This document shows, piece after piece, positions 40,577-50,915 of a stretch of DNA of 64,000 nucleotides. Positions within the stretch are counted from its first letter, which is position 1, and each line of letters opens with the position of its first letter. The notes beneath the pieces were generated by a model. That model was not told the origin of the DNA and searched no databases. It was given only the letters and a program-made list of their open reading frames with translations. Location of the stretch: contig CBDHDG010000006.1 in the NCBI GenBank assembly GCA_965261595.1, positions 1,376,001 to 1,440,000 on the forward strand, read 5' to 3'. The translations under genes and the position numbers were made by a program. The stretch is from a bacterium (GTDB lineage Bacteria > UBA8248 > JACPRG01 > G963555815).

Positions 40577-41551
40577 TTGCCCGGACTTTGCGACATCCGG
40601 GGAGTCCGGGTCGGCCATGCCGAAGACCGGGACGCCCTCACCGGCTGCACGGTGATCCTTTTCGACGGGGGGGCCGTCGCGGGACTCGACCTGCGCGGGT
40701 CCGCCACCGGAACCCGCCAGATGGACGCCCTGCGTCCTCAGCACCTGGTCGGCCGGATCGACGCCGTCTTCTTCGCGGGCGGGAGCGCCTTCGGACTCGA
40801 CGCCGCCGCCGGCGTCATGACCTACCTGGAAAAGAAGGGGGTCGGCTTCCCGACCGCGCGAACCACGGTGCCCATCGTCCCCGCCGCCATCATTTACGAC
40901 CTGGGCATCGGCCCCGGCGACGTGCGGCCGACGCCCGGCATGGCGCGGCGGGCCTGCAAGGCCGCCGACGGGCCGGGGGGGCGGGCACCCGCGGAGGGCG
41001 CCGTCGGCGCGGGAATCGGGGCGAGCGTGGGAAAGCTCTACGGACTCGCCCGGGCGATGAAGGGCGGGGTCGGGACGTGGTCCCTTCGGTCGCCGCGAGG
41101 CGCGACGGTGGGCGCGCTGGCGGTGGTCAACGCTTTCGGAGACGTGATTTGCGCCCGGACGGGAAAGATCCTCGCGGGCACGCGGAAGGATGAAGACTCT
41201 CTGGAGCCGGCGGACACAGCCAAGCGGATGCGCGAGGGCGAGAGTCGGTCCGGCTTCGACGCGGAGAGCACGACCCTTTGCTGCGTGGCGACCGACGCCC
41301 GTTTGGACCGGGTCGGCGCCGAGAAACTGGCCCAGCTCGCGTCCAACGGTCTGGCGCGGACGCTTCGCCCGGCGTTCAGCACACTCGACGGCGACCTGAT
41401 CATCGCCGCCTCAACAGGGGATCTGGAAGAAGACCTGAATGTCCTGGGCCTCCTGGCGGAGGAAGCGGCGGCGACCGCCGTCAACCGGGCCGTGACCGAG
41501 GCCGAAAGCCTGGGCGGCCTGCCGACGGCGAAAGACCTGGACCGGGCGTGA
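40577..41551 (+). CDS. Peptidase S58 DmpA/P1 family
   Basis: GVRVGH, TGCTV, GGSAFGL, GAVGAG.GA, VVNAFGD, DGD. Confidence 0.9.
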   Translation: MPGLCDIRGVRVGHAEDRDALTGCTVILFDGGAVAGLDLRGSATGTRQMDALRPQHLVGRIDAVFFAGGSAFGLDAAAGVMTYLEKKGVGFPTARTTVPIVPAAIIYDLGIGPGDVRPTPGMARRACKAADGPGGRAPAEGAVGAGIGASVGKLYGLARAMKGGVGTWSLRSPRGATVGALAVVNAFGDVICARTGKILAGTRKDEDSLEPADTAKRMREGESRSGFDAESTTLCCVATDARLDRVGAEKLAQLASNGLARTLRPAFSTLDGDLIIAASTGDLEEDLNVLGLLAEEAAATAVNRAVTEAESLGGLPTAKDLDRA

Positions 41552-41670
41552 TCGCCGATCCCTACAAAAATCCCCCGGGGTCGGGCCTCACCACCGGATC
41601 AACGGTCCTCGCTTTCACTTCCGAACACAAAAGGAAGCGAAAGCAGGCCCTAGCGCACGCACCAATAGGC

Positions 41671-42261
41671 CTAAAGACTTACCCGCCCCCCCCCCGCTGA
41701 AGCCGCCCTTTGCAACAGGGCCAACACGGATCCGGTGGGCTGATTCCGGAGGTCCAGGACGACCCCGCGTCCGCGCGCGACGCCCGCGCGACGTGAGAGG
41801 CCCCCGATCTGAAGCCGATAATATTGACTGTAGGCCCTTCCGTTGTAGACCAGGATGTAGGTTCCCCGGCCGCTCCGGAGATTTCGCGGCAGCCTCACGC
41901 GAAGCTGAGTCCCCTGCGCGTCTCCCGAAACGGCGCGGGCGAAGCGGTAACCAAAAATTTCCGTCCGGCTTCTGACACCGCTCTTTCTGAATTTCGCCCT
42001 CCGGCCAGTCGCGATCGGAACCCGGATGCGGTTCAGGCGCGCGTACGGATTGAAGTTCCGCCCCAGGATGGTGATGATCGAACCCGAGGGCGCCGGCAGG
42101 GGGGTGACGCCCGTAATGACGGGCTTGATGACCGGCGCATACCGCCGCGGCCGGGCCCGCCGCACGTCTCCGCGTTCTGGGCGCAACGGGGCGCACTGCC
42201 GGGGATTCGGTCCTCGCCAAATAGAAAGGCTGAATCTTCGTCTTTCCGCGTTCGGATCCAT
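41671..42261 (-). CDS. Hypothetical protein with IPT/TIG-like domain
   Basis: PVITGVTP...GSIITILGRNF; start uncertain. Confidence 0.4.
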   Translation of the reverse strand: MDPNAERRRFSLSIWRGPNPRQCAPLRPERGDVRRARPRRYAPVIKPVITGVTPLPAPSGSIITILGRNFNPYARLNRIRVPIATGRRAKFRKSGVRSRTEIFGYRFARAVSGDAQGTQLRVRLPRNLRSGRGTYILVYNGRAYSQYYRLQIGGLSRRAGVARGRGVVLDLRNQPTGSVLALLQRAASAGGGRVSL

Positions 42262-42368
42262 CCAATCTTTTGATTAGAGTCATTGTGTGGGTCGGGTTCT
42301 TGGAAATTACGTGTCCACCGGGTGCAATCCGTATGCCGCCGAGCGGGTCCAAATCCCTTCAGCCTCAA

Positions 42369-43226
42369 TCACGAACTGACGGAAAACGCCACGATGGCGG
42401 CGACGGAGAAGCCCAAACCGACAAGCTTCGGCCGGGTCAGGGGCTCCCGCAGGATGACGGCCGCCCACCCGATTGTCACCAGGAAGCTGAGCTGGGCGAT
42501 CGGGACCACCACGCTCGCGAGGCCGCCGCGCCGAAAGGCATAGAGAAGGGCGCAGAACGCTATGGCCTTCAGGAATCCCGTGATCGGAAGGAAGATCCAG
42601 TTGTTCCTCGGCATCGAGAACCTTTTCCGGGCCGCCGCGAGCACCGCCGCGCAGGAAGCCCAGGAGAAGGCGGCGAAGGCGATGAGCCATCCTACGTTCG
42701 CGCCGTCTCTGACGCCGATCTTCAATAAAATGTTCAAGACAGCAAAGAGGACCATTCCGATGAGGGCCAGGGCGATGGACCGGCGGCCGCCCGCGATTCT
42801 CACTCCCCCGGCCCGTTCCATCAGCGTCACCGAGCCGATGGCCAGGATGGCGAAAACCAGCCCCGCTCCCATCGACACGCTCCAGCGTTCTTCAAGCCAC
42901 AGCGTCGCGAAGACGGCCACGAAAACAAAATTCATCCGGAAGATCAGCGTATTGACGCCGACCTCCCCCGTTTTGAGAGAGGTGACGAAGCAGAAGATGG
43001 CCCAGAAAGAGACGACCCCGGCGATCAGACCCATGATCACGGTGGTCCAGTTCAGAAAGAGATCACCCAGGAGCGCGCCCATAAGCATGGCCGCGGCCGC
43101 GAAGGGCACGGTTTCAACCATGAAGTACGTCTCCAGGACGATCCCCCGGTCTTGCGCCCGCTTATAGACGAAGTCGGAAGTGCCCTGGGCCAGCATGCTC
43201 AAGACCGCCAGGAGGAGGTTGATCAC
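42369..43226 (-). CDS. EamA/DMT family transporter
   Basis: About ten hydrophobic segments in two repeats; LWLEER, ILREPL. Confidence 0.85.
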   Translation of the reverse strand: MINLLLAVLSMLAQGTSDFVYKRAQDRGIVLETYFMVETVPFAAAAMLMGALLGDLFLNWTTVIMGLIAGVVSFWAIFCFVTSLKTGEVGVNTLIFRMNFVFVAVFATLWLEERWSVSMGAGLVFAILAIGSVTLMERAGGVRIAGGRRSIALALIGMVLFAVLNILLKIGVRDGANVGWLIAFAAFSWASCAAVLAAARKRFSMPRNNWIFLPITGFLKAIAFCALLYAFRRGGLASVVVPIAQLSFLVTIGWAAVILREPLTRPKLVGLGFSVAAIVAFSVSS

Positions 43227-43357
43227 CTTCGCACTCCCGCTCAGGGAAACTCAAAGGCCGATACCCGGATAAAGCCCCACGGAAAGACAAGAGCAATTGC
43301 ACCCATCGAATTTTTCATTCAAGGAGGTATTTCGGGGCACCGCGATTCCGGCGGGAG

Positions 43358-43768
43358 TCAAGATGCGTTTGTGTAGTCTTCTTCCGAAACCGCCTCCATC
43401 CACTCGGTCGCCCCGCCCATCGAGTGGGCGATGTGGTCCATTCCCTCTCCGGGCGACGCCCCGTGCCAGTGCTTCTCATCCGGCGGGATGTAAACGACGT
43501 CTTCAGGACAGATGACCTTGGCCTTCTTCCCGTTTTCCTTCTCTTCCCAGGTCTGAACCCACCCGGTCCCCTTCACAACGTGCAGGACCTGCCCGGCCGG
43601 GTGCGTGTGCCAGTGCGTCCGCGCCCTCGGCTCAAACGAAACAGTGACCACCCGCACCAGGATTTTCTCGTCGATACTCACGAGCGGGGTCATTCCCACC
43701 CGACCCGTGAAATGCTCCCTCTCCTCCGGGACCGCGCGCGGGGCGTCCTCTTTCGGAACAATTTTCAT
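43358..43768 (-). CDS. Cupin domain protein
   Basis: HFTG.V, ARTHWHTHPAGQ, KHWHGA, TEWMEAV. Confidence 0.88.
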   Translation of the reverse strand: MKIVPKEDAPRAVPEEREHFTGRVGMTPLVSIDEKILVRVVTVSFEPRARTHWHTHPAGQVLHVVKGTGWVQTWEEKENGKKAKVICPEDVVYIPPDEKHWHGASPGEGMDHIAHSMGGATEWMEAVSEEDYTNAS

Positions 43769-43828
43769 ATTCCCATCCTTATTGCGAGCACCAAACCGAT
43801 TCGCATACAAACAGCTCTGGCGACCGCC

Positions 43829-44620
43829 TCAGAAAGCCGACTTGATCATGCCTCCGTCCGCGTAGACCGATTGGCCGGTAATGTAACCCGCCTGATCAGA
43901 GGCCAGGAAGACAACGATGGGGGCCAACTCTTCGGGCTCGGCGAATCGCCCGAGAGGGACGGCCTTGGAGATCCGGCCGAAGAATTCCTCTTCGGTGATC
44001 CCCTCCTTCTCGCAGGCGGCCTCCGCTCGGGCCCGCCACCGGTCGTTCATCAACCGGCCAGGATTCACACAGTTGACCCGGACGCCTTTGGGCGCCAGCT
44101 CATTGGACAGGCTCTTCGAGAAGTTATTCATTGCCGCCTTGGCCGTATTGGACACGATAGCATTTTCGCTGGGCTGCAAGCCCGAGACCGAGCCGATGTT
44201 GATGATGCTCCCGCCCCCGGCCTCGATCATATGGGGCACGACGGACCGGCAGCACCGGATAACCCCCCGGAGATTGACCGCCAAGTTCGCGTCCCAGTCT
44301 TCCTCCGGAAGATCGAGGAAGGCTCCCAGGTGAGACTGCCCCGCGTTGTTGACGAGGACGTGGATGCGGCCCAGATGTCTCACCGTCTCCTCCGCCATTC
44401 GCTCCACGTCCTCCGCGACGGTCACGTCCGCTGTGATGGGGAGCGGTTCAACGCCGGTCGCATCGGCCATTGCTCGAGCCGCTTCGGCCAGCCCATCGGC
44501 CCGGCGGGCGGCGATGGCGACACGCGCGCCCTCCACCACGAAGGCCTTGGAAATGGCGAACCCGAGATTCTCGCTGCCTCCAACGACCAGGACGCCCCGG
44601 TCCTTCAGGCCAAGATCCAA
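43829..44620 (-). CDS. SDR family oxidoreductase
   Basis: LDLGLKDR, GGSENLG, LVNNAG, VNCVNPG, GYITGQ...DGG; the catalytic YxxxK appears as SNTAK. Confidence 0.88.
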   Translation of the reverse strand: MDLGLKDRGVLVVGGSENLGFAISKAFVVEGARVAIAARRADGLAEAARAMADATGVEPLPITADVTVAEDVERMAEETVRHLGRIHVLVNNAGQSHLGAFLDLPEEDWDANLAVNLRGVIRCCRSVVPHMIEAGGGSIINIGSVSGLQPSENAIVSNTAKAAMNNFSKSLSNELAPKGVRVNCVNPGRLMNDRWRARAEAACEKEGITEEEFFGRISKAVPLGRFAEPEELAPIVVFLASDQAGYITGQSVYADGGMIKSAF

Positions 44621-44640
44621 TGTCCGTCCTTCAAGCTCGA

Positions 44641-45507
44641 TCAGGAAGCGACGGCTTCCGGAACGGGAAATTCGTATAAGACCTGTCCGTTCCCCGCTGC
44701 GCCGCAATACTCCGCAAACGGTACGGCCGGCAGGTCGTAACCGCCTCCCCCCAAGAGGCCGTAGAGCATGCTGAAATCCGCCATTCCCGTCTCCCCGGCG
44801 CAGGCTTCCCGGTAAACCGGAATCATGCTGAGGACTTCCCGGTGATGGCCTCGCTCCAGCAATTCGCATACTCGAAGATCGACTTGGCGGTTGAACTCGG
44901 AGGAGACCTCCCAGCGGTGGGCCATGACCTTGTCGTTGGACCAGAACTTGTGACTCAGGGCTCCGCTCGCGATGAAGGCGACCCGACGGTCAAATTCGAT
45001 TATGGTCTCGGCGATGATCCGCCCGTACTCGAAATTCTCCTCATGGGTTGCGTTGACGTTCGCCCCGAGGGGCACAACCCCGAACTTTCCATCCGCGTTG
45101 AGATAACGGAGGGGAACCAGCGCCCCATAATGGAGATGGAGGCTCTTTAATTCGTGGGCGTGCGTGATCACGCCTTTCGCAGTGGCGGTTTCGGCGATGG
45201 TGACGGCCAGCCCCTTATCCCCCGGGTAATCATAAGCATAGTCGTGAATGACGTGGGGCTGCTCATCCGAGGTGTAAAGAGCTTTGTGGCGCTCGGCGGC
45301 GTTGATGTGATAGTTCACTGTGTTGATCCAGTGGGTGTCCACAATCAGGATGGTCTCGACACCCAGATCCTCCATCTTCTTGCCCATCCTGCGCATGCCC
45401 TGGCGGAATTCCTCATGCATTCCCTCCATCGGCTCATAAACGCCCTTCTCACCGGCATAGATGGAAGGCATGTGCGCAACCTTTGCGGCGTATAAAAGTT
45501 CACCCAT
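44641..45507 (-). CDS. hpaD: 3,4-dihydroxyphenylacetate 2,3-dioxygenase-like (LigB-type extradiol dioxygenase)
   Basis: MGELLYAAKVAHMPS, DTHW, YDYPGD, SGALSHKF, GNGQV. Confidence 0.8.
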   Translation of the reverse strand: MGELLYAAKVAHMPSIYAGEKGVYEPMEGMHEEFRQGMRRMGKKMEDLGVETILIVDTHWINTVNYHINAAERHKALYTSDEQPHVIHDYAYDYPGDKGLAVTIAETATAKGVITHAHELKSLHLHYGALVPLRYLNADGKFGVVPLGANVNATHEENFEYGRIIAETIIEFDRRVAFIASGALSHKFWSNDKVMAHRWEVSSEFNRQVDLRVCELLERGHHREVLSMIPVYREACAGETGMADFSMLYGLLGGGGYDLPAVPFAEYCGAAGNGQVLYEFPVPEAVAS

Positions 45508-45846
45508 TCCTTATTTCCTCCAGATTGACCGTTATTCCCCTGGGAACCTTTACCACGGCCCCCGAGACTGACTGCAAAAAATGAGACCGGTCGAAACCCG
45601 TTCCTGATCTAAAATTCACCGTTAGCATAACCGCCAAAATCCCTCAAGGGCGGGTCCGATTTGAGATACGATGAAGAGCGTTTTCGACTTGATCTGTCAT
45701 ACCGGATCAGCCGACAGGAGGTCGGGTTCAGGGCAGCCCTTGGCTGGTTCGGAATCACAGGTTGAGAGCGTGTTGCCCCCTCCGGAAAGAGACCCCCATA
45801 GCGTTTTTCATCAACCTGCCGAATTTCTACGCCGGCGCCTTCCACG

Positions 45847-47151
45847 TTATGCGGCTTTCACCTGCTGAAGCGAGGCTTTCAGGATGTCCATGGCCCTATC
45901 GATATCCGCCGTATCGATGTTCATCGGCGGGGTGATCCGGATGGTGTTGCCGTGGATCCCCCCCTTGCCGAGGAGCAGCCCCCGCTTACGGGCCTCTTCG
46001 AAGACCTGGTTGACCGCATCGGGAGCGGGCCGCTTGTTCTCCCAGACCAACTCAAGGGCCTGCATCAGCCCCATCCCCCGTACGTCGCCGATGATGGGGA
46101 AACGCTCCTGGAGCTCCTCCAAGCGGGTGCGCATGTGCGCGCCGGCCAGCTCGGAGTTGTGAACCAGCTCCTCGCTCACGATCACGTCGATGGTGGCGCG
46201 CGCCGCCTCGGTGGAGACCGGGTTGCCGCCGAACGTCGAGATCGTCAGCCCCCCCATGTCGTCGGCCACCTCGGGGACGGCGACGGTCGCCCCGATGGGC
46301 GCGCCGTTGCCCAGCGTCTTGGCCATCGTCATGACCTCGGGCTCGACGCCGAAGTGCTCAATGCCGAACATCTTCCCGCCCGTCCGCCCGAATCCGGTTT
46401 GGACCTCATCGGAAATGAAGATCCCGCCGTATTTTCGGACGATCTCGACCGCCACCTGGAAATACTCCTTGGGGGGGACGATGAACCCGCCGACGCCCTG
46501 GATGGGCTCGGCGATGAACGCGGCGATCTTCCCACTGGTGGACGTCTGGATGACCTGCTCCATGTCCCGGGCGCAGAGGAGGTCGCAGCTCGGATAGGTC
46601 TGCTCGTAGGGGCAGCGGTAGCAGTAGGGGTTGGCCAGGTGCACCACGCCCCCCATCGTCCCGGCCCCCGTCATCCGCCAGGGCGCCTGGCCCGTGAGGG
46701 ACATGGCCACGCCCGTCCGCCCGCTGTACCCCGAGCGCAACGCCACCACTTCGTGGTTGCCGGTGTGACTCCGGGCCGCCAGGACGGCGGTCTCGTTGGC
46801 CTCGCTGCCGCTGTTTGTGAAAAAGGATTTCTGAAGCCGGCCGGGTGTGATCTGCGCCAATTTCTCCGCCAGGTGAACATACGGCTCGGTCAAATAGAGG
46901 CTGGAGGTGTGCTGAAGCTTCGCGGACTGCTCGGCGGTCCGACGCACGACCTCGGGATGGCAGTGCCCAACGCCGACGGTCAGGATACCGCCGAAAAAGT
47001 CCAGGTATTCGCGCCCGTCCGAGTCGATGAGCGTCGCGCCTTGGCCCTTCTCGATGACGAGGGGCTCCTCGTAATACGTGAAGGCCGAGGGAAAAACGAA
47101 CTCCTTCGCCTTGTCGCGAATCTCCTGGGATTGATTGGTGGAATCCGCCAT
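45847..47151 (-). CDS. Class III aminotransferase (AGXT2/GabT-like)
   Basis: YLDFFGG, NSGSEANE, AEPIQGVGG, DEVQTGFGRTG, MAKTLGNG, TFGGNP. Confidence 0.92.
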   Translation of the reverse strand: MADSTNQSQEIRDKAKEFVFPSAFTYYEEPLVIEKGQGATLIDSDGREYLDFFGGILTVGVGHCHPEVVRRTAEQSAKLQHTSSLYLTEPYVHLAEKLAQITPGRLQKSFFTNSGSEANETAVLAARSHTGNHEVVALRSGYSGRTGVAMSLTGQAPWRMTGAGTMGGVVHLANPYCYRCPYEQTYPSCDLLCARDMEQVIQTSTSGKIAAFIAEPIQGVGGFIVPPKEYFQVAVEIVRKYGGIFISDEVQTGFGRTGGKMFGIEHFGVEPEVMTMAKTLGNGAPIGATVAVPEVADDMGGLTISTFGGNPVSTEAARATIDVIVSEELVHNSELAGAHMRTRLEELQERFPIIGDVRGMGLMQALELVWENKRPAPDAVNQVFEEARKRGLLLGKGGIHGNTIRITPPMNIDTADIDRAMDILKASLQQVKAA

Positions 47152-47461
47152 GATGAGTGTCCTTTTCGATTGGGGAATGCGCGGCCTGAATTCCAACGAA
47201 GATTTCGTTGAGGGCGCGTCACGCCATCGGGTTAACCGTCATCGGTTTCGCTTCCGAATGCGGAGGGCGAACGCCCGCGGGTTGAATCGTCCGCGAACCG
47301 ACGAGTTCAGCCGGACGTCCCAGTCCATGAATCGCTCCACGCGGGGGCCATCCAGAGGAGAGCTCTTCCTTCTCGCGCTGGGTCGACACCAGAACCTTGA
47401 GATCGAGCAGATTGGAGCCCTCGTAGCGGTGAGCGTTCTCGATGACCGCAAGGTTGACGAG

Positions 47462-47683
47462 CTAGGTCTCGAAGGTGTTCTCGAAGACGTGGTCCACCCC
47501 GGCGAATCCCTTCTGCAAGTCTCCGAATGACGGGTGAGTGCGGCGCGAGATGTTCCGGGCGGCATCGTAGATGTCGTCGTTGGGCTCGTGGATGACGGGC
47601 GCGCCCCCTGCGTATTTCGCGGTCCCGGTGACCTTGTGAAGGCCGTCGTTGCGTGGGAGCCGCTTTCGGATGGCCGTCGTCAT
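47462..47683 (-). pseudogene. Xanthine dehydrogenase family Mo-binding subunit remnant with internal deletion
   Basis: R.DG..KVTGTAKY joined directly to APVIH...GDLQKGFAGVDHVFENTFET*. Confidence 0.65.
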
Positions 47684-47875
47684 GAGGATTCTCTCCCAAA
47701 CGAGAGGACAGGCTGAAAGACGGGCGCTTTCGCGGAGAGCGACCGAGAAACCCAATCCTCCGAAAAGGCGCAAGGGGCGGGGACCGGCTCGTGGAAGTCA
47801 CAAATCGGCCAACACCCTCCCCCTATCTCCGAGAAGATTCTAGCCCACATCGCCCCGGGCGCGCAACGCACGCCG

Positions 47876-49060
47876 TCACTCCAACCCCGAATCCCTCACC
47901 ATGCCCAGCAGCCGCTCGCCAGCGTCATGAAGCGTCTCGTCCTTCTTGGAGAACGTGAACCGGATAAAATCCCTCCCCCCCTTGCCCTTTCCCCCCATTC
48001 CCGGCGAGTGATAGAAGCTGCTCCCGGGAACCGTCGCCACGCCGTGCTCGCGGACGAGGCGCATGGCGAAGTCCACGTCGTCCGAAGCCCCGAAACCGGA
48101 AACGTCCGCCATGATGTAATAGGCCCCTTGCGGCTCGATGAACGGGATCTCCGCGCGCTGAAGGTAACCCTGCAACAACTCCCGTTTGGCCTGGTACATC
48201 GCCGCGAGGTCCGCGTAATACGCGTCCGGCAGGGAAAGGGCCGCCGCCGCGGCTTCCTGGAGGGGCGCGGGCGCGCCGACGGTCAGGAAATCGTGGACCT
48301 TCCGGACGCCAGCCGTCACTTCCTCGGGGGCGAGGACGTACCCCACCCTCCAGCCGGTCACGCTGTACGTCTTGGAGAGGCTGTTGATCGTAATGGTCCG
48401 CTCCCGCATCCCATCCAGCGAGGCCAGGCTGACGTGCGGCCGGCCGTCGAACACGATGTGCTCATAAACCTCGTCGGTGACGGCGAAGATGTCGAACTCG
48501 ACGCAAAGGTCCCGAATGCTCTCCAGCTCGGCCCGGGTGAAGACGTGTCCCGTGGGGTTGTGGGGGGTGTTGAGGATGACGGCCTTCGTCGCCGGGCCGA
48601 CGGCGCCGCGGAGCTCCTCGGGGTCGAACGTGAAATCGGGCGGCCTGAGGGGGACAAACCGGGGGACCGAGCCGCTGAGGAAGGTGTCGGGGCCGTAGTT
48701 CTCGTAGAATGGCTCGAAGATCACCACCTCCTCGCCCGGGTTGAGGATCGCCATGAGGGTGGCGATCATCCCTTCGGTGGCCCCGCAAACAACAGTGATC
48801 TCCGTCTCGGGGTCGGGCTCGAACCCGTTGAAACGGGCGGTCTTGCGAGCGATCGCCTTGCGGATGTTGGGGCTGCCCCACGTGATGGCGTACTGATTCC
48901 AGCCGTCGGTGATGGCCCGGCGGGCCGCCTCCTTGATCTCCTCCGGCCCGTCGAAATCGGGAAACCCCTGGGCCAGGTTAACGCCGCCGTATCGCATACA
49001 CTCCCGGGTCATGCCCCGGATGACGGACTCGGTGAACCGCCCGACCCTTTGAGAGAGCAT
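47876..49060 (-). CDS. Class I/II aminotransferase (YbdL-like)
   Basis: VNLAQGFPDF, NTPHNPTG, DEVYEH, SLSKTYSVTGWRVG. Confidence 0.92.
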   Translation of the reverse strand: MLSQRVGRFTESVIRGMTRECMRYGGVNLAQGFPDFDGPEEIKEAARRAITDGWNQYAITWGSPNIRKAIARKTARFNGFEPDPETEITVVCGATEGMIATLMAILNPGEEVVIFEPFYENYGPDTFLSGSVPRFVPLRPPDFTFDPEELRGAVGPATKAVILNTPHNPTGHVFTRAELESIRDLCVEFDIFAVTDEVYEHIVFDGRPHVSLASLDGMRERTITINSLSKTYSVTGWRVGYVLAPEEVTAGVRKVHDFLTVGAPAPLQEAAAAALSLPDAYYADLAAMYQAKRELLQGYLQRAEIPFIEPQGAYYIMADVSGFGASDDVDFAMRLVREHGVATVPGSSFYHSPGMGGKGKGGRDFIRFTFSKKDETLHDAGERLLGMVRDSGLE

Positions 49061-49120
49061 CGAGTTTCTCCTGCAACATCGGGATCCCAACCGGAATTCC
49101 GAGACGCCGTCTGATCGAAT

Positions 49121-50536
49121 TTACGGAGGGCCGTCTTCAAAAACCGGATGGGAGGGGGGTGGATCGCCCGGCCGGCCCACACATGTTTCGTATGCGGAGG
49201 GATCGAAATTCGGCGTAGACACGCGCCGATACCCGTCGAGCTCCCCCGGGGGGACGGTCGCGTCCAGGACCATCTTGGTCCGGACGCCCCGCGAGACGGG
49301 AACGTACTCGTGCCCGCGCGCGCCGGGGAAGAGGATCAGGTCGTCCTCGGCGTTGAACCGGGTGGCCACCGCCCACTCCACCTCCTCGGGGTTGTGCGGG
49401 TCGATGTCCTCGTCCACCAGGGTGATGAGGTCGATGTCCTTGAGCGCGGCCACGGCGGCGAATACGGCGTTCCGCTGTAAGCCTTCGTCCGCCGGCCGCT
49501 CCTTCTTGACCTGGATGACCAGGTGGAAGCGGCAAAGCCCTCCGGTGGTGAGACAGACGTCCTGGACGATGGGCACGGCCGCCTTGGCCATGCTGAGGAT
49601 GCCGGGCTCCATCAGGGGTTTGCGGATCACGCGCACTTCGCTCCCGCTGATGTCGTAATAAATGGGCCGCTCCCGGTGGGTCACCGCGTGGATCTCGAAA
49701 ACCGGCGATGGGCCCTGGGCGGCGTAAAGTCCGACGAATTCCAGAAAGGGGCCCTCCGGAACCCGTTCGTGTGGAAGCATCAAGCCCTCCAGGACGATCT
49801 CCGATTCGGCGGGGACCTCGAGGTCCACCGTCAGACACTTGACCATCTCGATCGCCTTCCCCTTCAGGCCGGACGCCCACGCCAGCTCGTCCCGGTCCAG
49901 GGGGATGTGCGCCCCCATGCTGGCCGCCGCGAAGAACAGCGACAGGTCCGGACCGAGGACCACGGCGATCTCAAGCCCCCGGTCCTTCTCTTCGGCCCGT
50001 TCATACAGGGTGCGCAGGTGCCGGCCCAGGTCCAGCTGGACGGCCGTCCGGTTCCCCCCCAGGAGCTGGAGGCGGTGGAAAGAGGCGTTCCGGACGCCGC
50101 CGCCGTCTTTGGTGATGACGATCCCCCCGGTGACGAAGCGGCCGGAATCCACCGGCATGTGGAAGGGGACCGGGAACATCGCCCCCAGATCGATCCCGTC
50201 CGTCACGACGACCTCCTGGCACCTTCCCTTTTCCACCTCGACGGGAGGAATGGGGTGATCGATCGCCCGCTGCACGGCGGCGCGAAGACCGTGGAGGTCC
50301 ACCCCAAGGGCAACCAGGGCGTTCTCCCGGCTGGCCAGGAGGTTGCAGCAAACCGGAACTTCCCACCCTTCGACCTGCTCGAAGAAGATGGCCAGGTCTC
50401 CGTCGCGATTCTTCACAAAGGCCGGAAGATCCAGGTGGGGATTGATGGGGCTCCGGACGCGCATCACCCGGCCGGCTTCGTGCAAACGCCGGATGACGGA
50501 CCGAAAGGCAGTGTCCAGCTCACCGAGCCCGCTCAC
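49121..50536 (-). CDS. UbiD family (de)carboxylase
   Basis: DSGRFVTGG, NASFHRL, VPAESEIVLEG, EGPFLEFVG, VDEDID...VEWAVATR; GTG start 50536. Confidence 0.9.
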   Translation of the reverse strand: MSGLGELDTAFRSVIRRLHEAGRVMRVRSPINPHLDLPAFVKNRDGDLAIFFEQVEGWEVPVCCNLLASRENALVALGVDLHGLRAAVQRAIDHPIPPVEVEKGRCQEVVVTDGIDLGAMFPVPFHMPVDSGRFVTGGIVITKDGGGVRNASFHRLQLLGGNRTAVQLDLGRHLRTLYERAEEKDRGLEIAVVLGPDLSLFFAAASMGAHIPLDRDELAWASGLKGKAIEMVKCLTVDLEVPAESEIVLEGLMLPHERVPEGPFLEFVGLYAAQGPSPVFEIHAVTHRERPIYYDISGSEVRVIRKPLMEPGILSMAKAAVPIVQDVCLTTGGLCRFHLVIQVKKERPADEGLQRNAVFAAVAALKDIDLITLVDEDIDPHNPEEVEWAVATRFNAEDDLILFPGARGHEYVPVSRGVRTKMVLDATVPPGELDGYRRVSTPNFDPSAYETCVGRPGDPPPSHPVFEDGPP

Positions 50537-50883
50537 CGATTCCCTCCGATCACGAAACGCAGGAAGCGGAACCCCTCGTCCCCGCAATCGGTGAAACGGC
50601 AACTCTCACCTGGATCGGCATAGACGACGTGTCCCGCGCGGACCGGCCGGCGCTCGTCCCCCAACCGGACCTCCGCCCGCCCGGCCAGGACGTAAAAGAA
50701 CTGGCGTTGTTCATCCGATTGGAAAGGCGGGGACGAAGCGCCCCCCTCTAGATCATGGGCCTCTCCGCCGACGTGTTTCGCCCCGACCGATTCCGGGGAG
50801 ATGATTTTTCGCATCGTCGCGGCCCCGGCACCGCCATGGACCGGGAAGGCCGGCAGGTCTTCGATCCGGATCACGTGAACCAT
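50533..50883 (-). CDS. Cupin domain protein (metal ligands degenerate)
   Basis: QFFYVLAGRAEV...GHVVY; the His ligands are not evident. Confidence 0.7.
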   Translation of the reverse strand: MVHVIRIEDLPAFPVHGGAGAATMRKIISPESVGAKHVGGEAHDLEGGASSPPFQSDEQRQFFYVLAGRAEVRLGDERRPVRAGHVVYADPGESCRFTDCGDEGFRFLRFVIGGNR

Positions 50884-50915
50884 CCCCCCCCCTCCCCCCT
50901 TCCCCCCCGCTTCTT

